Positions 60,138 to 64,000 of a stretch of 64,000 nt of DNA are shown here, piece by piece. The stretch lies in assembly GCA_963836075.1 (NCBI GenBank), contig CAWIIB010000001.1:1184001-1248000 (forward strand), written 5' to 3'. The notes beneath the pieces were generated by a model. It ran no database searches. It was not told the origin of the DNA and saw nothing but the letters and a program-made list of their open reading frames with translations. Made by a program: the position numbers and the translations under genes. This DNA is from an uncultured Acidobacteriota bacterium. GTDB taxonomy: Bacteria > Acidobacteriota > JAQAZP01. Each line of letters begins with the position of its first letter. The first letter of the stretch is position 1.

Positions 60138-61424
60138 ATGGCCGACAAATCGTTCAACGCCTTTGAAATGGCACAGACCCAGTTTGACCGGGTGGCTGAC
60201 CTGCTCGATCTCGACCCCTCCTCCAGGGAGCTGCTGCGCCAGCCCCTGCGGGAGTATCACTTCAGCATTCCGGTGCGGATGGATGACGGCGCGGTCAAGG
60301 TCTTCCGCGGGTTCCGGGTCCAGCACAACGATGCCCGGGGACCCTGCAAGGGCGGTATCCGCTTCCACCCCCAGGAAACGGTGGACACGGTGCGCGCCCT
60401 ATCGATGTGGATGACCTGGAAGTGCGCGGTGGTGGACATCCCCCTGGGCGGCGGCAAGGGCGGCGTGATCTGCGACCCGCACAACCTGAGCCAGCGGGAA
60501 CAGGAGCTGATCTGCCGCGGCTGGGTGCGCCAGCTGGCAAAGAACGTGGGGCCGGTCTCCGATGTTCCGGCACCGGACGTGATGACCAGCGGCCAGCACA
60601 TGCTCTGGATGCTCGACGAGTTCGAGACGATCCACGGCGGGAAGTACCCCGGGTTCATCACCGGCAAACCGGTGGGCATGGGCGGATCACTGGGCCGCAC
60701 CGAGGCCACCGGCTACGGGGTGATCTACACCGTTCGCGAAGCGCTGCATCAACTGGGCATCGCCCCGGAGAGCACCACGGCCAGTGTCCAGGGTTTCGGC
60801 AACGTGGCCCAGTTCGCCATCGACCTCTACAGCCAGATGGGCGGCAAGGTGGTCTGCGTTTCCTGCTGGGACCAGGGTGACCAGACCTCCTATTCCTTCC
60901 GCAAGACGGACGGCATCCAGCTGGAGGTCCTCAAGGGAATCACCGACCGCTTCGGCGGTATCGACAAGGACAAGGCCCGGGAGCTGGGCTACGAAGTGCT
61001 GCCCGGCGACGCCTGGCTGGAGCAGGAGGTGGACCTCCTCATCCCGGCGGCGCTGGAGAACCAGATCACTGGCGACAATGCGGACAAGCTCAGCAAACAG
61101 GTCAAGGTCATCGCCGAAGGGGCCAACGGTCCCACCACCCCGGAGGCCGACCGGCTGATCGAGGAGCGGGGCATCTTCCTCATCCCCGACTTCCTGGCCA
61201 ACGCCGGCGGGGTCACCTGCAGCTACTTCGAGCAGGTGCAGTGCAACATGAACTACTACTGGGAGAGGGACGAGGTCCTGGAGAAACTGGATCTGCAGAT
61301 GACCGCGGCCTTCAGGGCGGTGAGCGAGCTGGCGGCAAAGCGCAAGCTCTACACCCGCGACTCGGCCTATGTCATTTCCATCGGCCGGGTGGCCCAGGCC
61401 TGCCGCAACCGCGGCTGGGTCTGA
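60138..61424 (+). CDS. gdhA: Glutamate dehydrogenase (Glu/Leu/Phe/Val dehydrogenase family)
   Basis: RVQHN.ARGP.KGGIRFHP, MTWK, GGGKGG, PAPD, QGFGNV, EGANGP, NAGGV. AAGGAG RBS. Confidence 0.95.
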   Translation: MADKSFNAFEMAQTQFDRVADLLDLDPSSRELLRQPLREYHFSIPVRMDDGAVKVFRGFRVQHNDARGPCKGGIRFHPQETVDTVRALSMWMTWKCAVVDIPLGGGKGGVICDPHNLSQREQELICRGWVRQLAKNVGPVSDVPAPDVMTSGQHMLWMLDEFETIHGGKYPGFITGKPVGMGGSLGRTEATGYGVIYTVREALHQLGIAPESTTASVQGFGNVAQFAIDLYSQMGGKVVCVSCWDQGDQTSYSFRKTDGIQLEVLKGITDRFGGIDKDKARELGYEVLPGDAWLEQEVDLLIPAALENQITGDNADKLSKQVKVIAEGANGPTTPEADRLIEERGIFLIPDFLANAGGVTCSYFEQVQCNMNYYWERDEVLEKLDLQMTAAFRAVSELAAKRKLYTRDSAYVISIGRVAQACRNRGWV

Positions 61425-61452
61425 TCCCGAAAGCCCGCCGGGGAGGGACGAC

Positions 61453-64000
61453 GTGAACAAGCAGTTGAACTGCCTCCACCGCCTCGAGGAGATCCTCGCC
61501 GACACCGACGCCCCGCTGGCCGATGTCTGCGGCCGGCTGCTGCAGGTACTGCCCGACGGCTGGCACCGCCCCGAGGATTGCGGGGTGTGCCTCATCGTGG
61601 AGGGCGAGCGGTTCGAAAGCCCCGACTTCGACACGGCCGGGTGGTCGAAGACCGAGGACATCCTCGCCGAGGGAAAGGTCTGCGGCACCATCACCGTCTC
61701 CTACGGCGACCAGCCGCCCGAAAGCGGCGCCGGGCCGTTCACCCCCGAGGAATCCCGCCTGCTGCGCACCGTGTCCATGCGGCTGGGCCGCTACCTGACC
61801 CACAAGCGGACCCGCGGGATCAGGCACGAGCTGGAGCAGGCCAGCAAGGGGCTGATCGACCGCACCACGGGCCAGTGGCGGGCGGTACTGGAGATGAGCC
61901 GCCAGACCAACCGGCGCTTCTACCTCGGCCTGGCGCGCAAGATGCTCAACCATCTCAGTTGGAGCGGCGTGCCCGAGGCCGAGCAGTTGCTGCAGAAGCT
62001 CGGCATCTGCTCCCACGATTCCGAGGCCGAGGAGCTGCTCAAAGACTGGAACGTGCCCGGCGAGCTGAAGCGCCAGGCCGAGCTTTCCGAGGACCTCAGC
62101 GAGGTGGCCTTTGCCATTGCCGCCGCCCACCTCGACGACAAGGAGATCCTGGCCCTGATCAAACGCTGGATCCAGGAGGGCCAGCTGAACTTCCTGGCCC
62201 GGGTGGTCAACCGCCACCTCTCCATGGCCGAGGTGGCCGACGCGCTGCAGCGCTACGAGTTCCTCTCCCCGGACGAGAGCGCCATCGAGCCGGCGAACAA
62301 GCGGGGCATCACCGTGGCCCTGATCCGTCGCTTCCTCGGCGACCAGTTGGAATACATCAACGTGGCCCAGCGTTACTTCGAGCCGCGTGATTTCTACCAG
62401 TTGCTGAAACGGATCATCTTCTCCGCCGAAAGCCACGGCAAGTTGGGCGGCAAGGGCGCCGGCCTGCACCTGGCGGCACAGATCCTGCGCCGCGAGGCCA
62501 AGCAGAACGAGTTGCTGGCCAACGTCCGCCTGCCCAAGACGTGGCACATCACCTCCGACGTGGTGCTCAACTTCATGCACCACAACGGTTTCGAAGAGGT
62601 GCTGGAGCAAAAGTACAAGGACACCAAGCAGATCCGCCTGGAATACCCCCACATCGTCCAGGACTTCAAGAGTGGGTTCTTCCCCCAGGAAATCGTGGCC
62701 GGCCTGGCCGCGGCACTGGACGATCTCGGTGACCAGCCGATCATCGTCCGCAGCTCCAGCCTGCTGGAAGACCGGCTGGGCTCGGCCTTCTCCGGCAAGT
62801 ACAAAAGCCTCTTCCTGGCCAACCAGGGCAGCAAGGGGATGCGGCTGGAGGCGCTGATGGCTGCTGTGGCCGAGGTATTTGCCTCCACTTTCAGCCCCGA
62901 CCCCATCGAGTATCGCGTGGAGCGGGGGCTGATCGACTACGGCGAGGAGATGGGGGTACTGATCCAGGAGGTGGTGGGCACCCGGGTGGGCCACTACTTC
63001 CTGCCCTCCTACGCCGGGGTGGCTTTCAGCAACAACGAATTCCGCTGGTCGCCGCGCATCCGCCGCGAGGACGGCCTGCTGCGGCTGGTGCCCGGCATGG
63101 GCACCCGGGCAGTTGACCGGCTGGGCGACGACTACCCGGTGCTGGTGGCCCCGGGGCAGCCGGGTCTGCGGGCCAACGTCAGCATCGACGAGGTGCTGCG
63201 CTACTCGCCGCGCAAGATCGACCTCATCGACCTGAAGACCAACCAGTTCGTCACCATCGAGCTTGCCTCGTTCATCCGTGAGCACGGACACGACCTGCCC
63301 GGGCTGAACCGGATGATCTCCATCTATCGCGATGGCCACCTTGAGAAGCCGTTCGGTATGGAGGACCTCACCGAATGCGATTCGGTGGTCACCTTCGAGG
63401 GGCTGACCGGAATTACACCGTTCGTCAAGCGGATGAAGGCGATTCTCGACACGCTGCAGAAAGCGCTGGGCACCCCGGTGGACATCGAGTTCGCCTCGGA
63501 CGGCGAGGACTTCTACCTGTTGCAGTGCCGGCCCCAGAGCTACGCCAAAGAGTGCCGGCCGGCTCCGATACCGCGAAAAATCAGCCCCGAGCGGGTCCTG
63601 TTCACCGCCCACCGCCACGTCTCCAACGGCGCCGTCCCCGGCATAACCCACGTGGTGTACGTCGACCCGCGCAGCTACGCCGAGTTGGAGAGCCAGGAGG
63701 AACTGCTGGCCGTGGGCCGGGCGGTGAGCCGGCTGAACCAGGCTTTGCCCCGGCGGCACTTCATTCTCATCGGCCCCGGCCGCTGGGGCAGCCGCGGCGA
63801 CATCAAGCTGGGGGTCAACGTCACCTACTCCGATATCAACAACACCGCGGCCCTGATCGAAGTGGCCTTCAAGAAGGGAAACTACGTCCCCGACCTCTCC
63901 TTCGGCACCCACTTCTTCCAGGACCTGGTGGAGGCCAACATCCACTACCTGCCGCTCTACCCTGACGACGACGAGGCCCGCTTCAACGAGGAGTTTTTCA
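61453..64000 (+). CDS. PEP/pyruvate-binding (PPDK_N, ATP-grasp) domain protein with a GAF-like N-terminus; 3' end outside the window
   Basis: GTG 61453 after GGGAGG; hand translation MNKQLNCLHRLEEIL...GKLGGKGAGL...IVRSSSLLED...FSGKYKS...QEVVG...DIEFA...LLQCRP...GPGRWGS...SFGTHFFQDLVE. Absent from the ORF track (no stop). Confidence 0.9.
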   Translation, partial: MNKQLNCLHRLEEILADTDAPLADVCGRLLQVLPDGWHRPEDCGVCLIVEGERFESPDFDTAGWSKTEDILAEGKVCGTITVSYGDQPPESGAGPFTPEESRLLRTVSMRLGRYLTHKRTRGIRHELEQASKGLIDRTTGQWRAVLEMSRQTNRRFYLGLARKMLNHLSWSGVPEAEQLLQKLGICSHDSEAEELLKDWNVPGELKRQAELSEDLSEVAFAIAAAHLDDKEILALIKRWIQEGQLNFLARVVNRHLSMAEVADALQRYEFLSPDESAIEPANKRGITVALIRRFLGDQLEYINVAQRYFEPRDFYQLLKRIIFSAESHGKLGGKGAGLHLAAQILRREAKQNELLANVRLPKTWHITSDVVLNFMHHNGFEEVLEQKYKDTKQIRLEYPHIVQDFKSGFFPQEIVAGLAAALDDLGDQPIIVRSSSLLEDRLGSAFSGKYKSLFLANQGSKGMRLEALMAAVAEVFASTFSPDPIEYRVERGLIDYGEEMGVLIQEVVGTRVGHYFLPSYAGVAFSNNEFRWSPRIRREDGLLRLVPGMGTRAVDRLGDDYPVLVAPGQPGLRANVSIDEVLRYSPRKIDLIDLKTNQFVTIELASFIREHGHDLPGLNRMISIYRDGHLEKPFGMEDLTECDSVVTFEGLTGITPFVKRMKAILDTLQKALGTPVDIEFASDGEDFYLLQCRPQSYAKECRPAPIPRKISPERVLFTAHRHVSNGAVPGITHVVYVDPRSYAELESQEELLAVGRAVSRLNQALPRRHFILIGPGRWGSRGDIKLGVNVTYSDINNTAALIEVAFKKGNYVPDLSFGTHFFQDLVEANIHYLPLYPDDDEARFNEEFF

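Overview
GC-rich bacterial chromosomal window (about 48 CDS; no rRNA, tRNA, CRISPR array or mobile element seen). The gene content suggests an uncultured diderm, peptide-degrading organism; this is inference and the taxon is not determined. From left to right: (i) two secreted hypothetical proteins, one missed by the ORF track because it runs off the left edge; (ii) a 15-gene convergent sugar/cyclitol cluster at 3.7-18.4 kb built around an SDR fused to a sugar-phosphate cyclase, plus ROK kinase, nucleotidyltransferase, DegT aminotransferase, radical SAM, GH4, TIM-barrel isomerase, dTMP-kinase-like fusion, two NUDIX enzymes, cupin and CE4 deacetylase; (iii) a coupled ECF sigma / ZAS anti-sigma / signal-peptide-bearing TPR-CHAT (caspase-like) protease operon; (iv) a secreted beta-helix protein and an S8 protease that end in the same ~120-aa C-terminal domain, which also occurs as a stand-alone secreted protein at 55.4 kb (candidate unrecognised sorting/anchoring domain); (v) an MFP plus two RND permeases, a His-rich beta-propeller, a tricorn protease, two PilT ATPases and a hybrid sensor kinase; (vi) amino-acid metabolism genes (eukaryote-type alanine aminotransferase, cNMP-domain aspartase, glutamate dehydrogenase, PEP/pyruvate-binding protein). 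Two genes carry apparent +1 frameshifts in the same TTGCCGGT context. All family calls come from motif recognition by eye; no database search was run.
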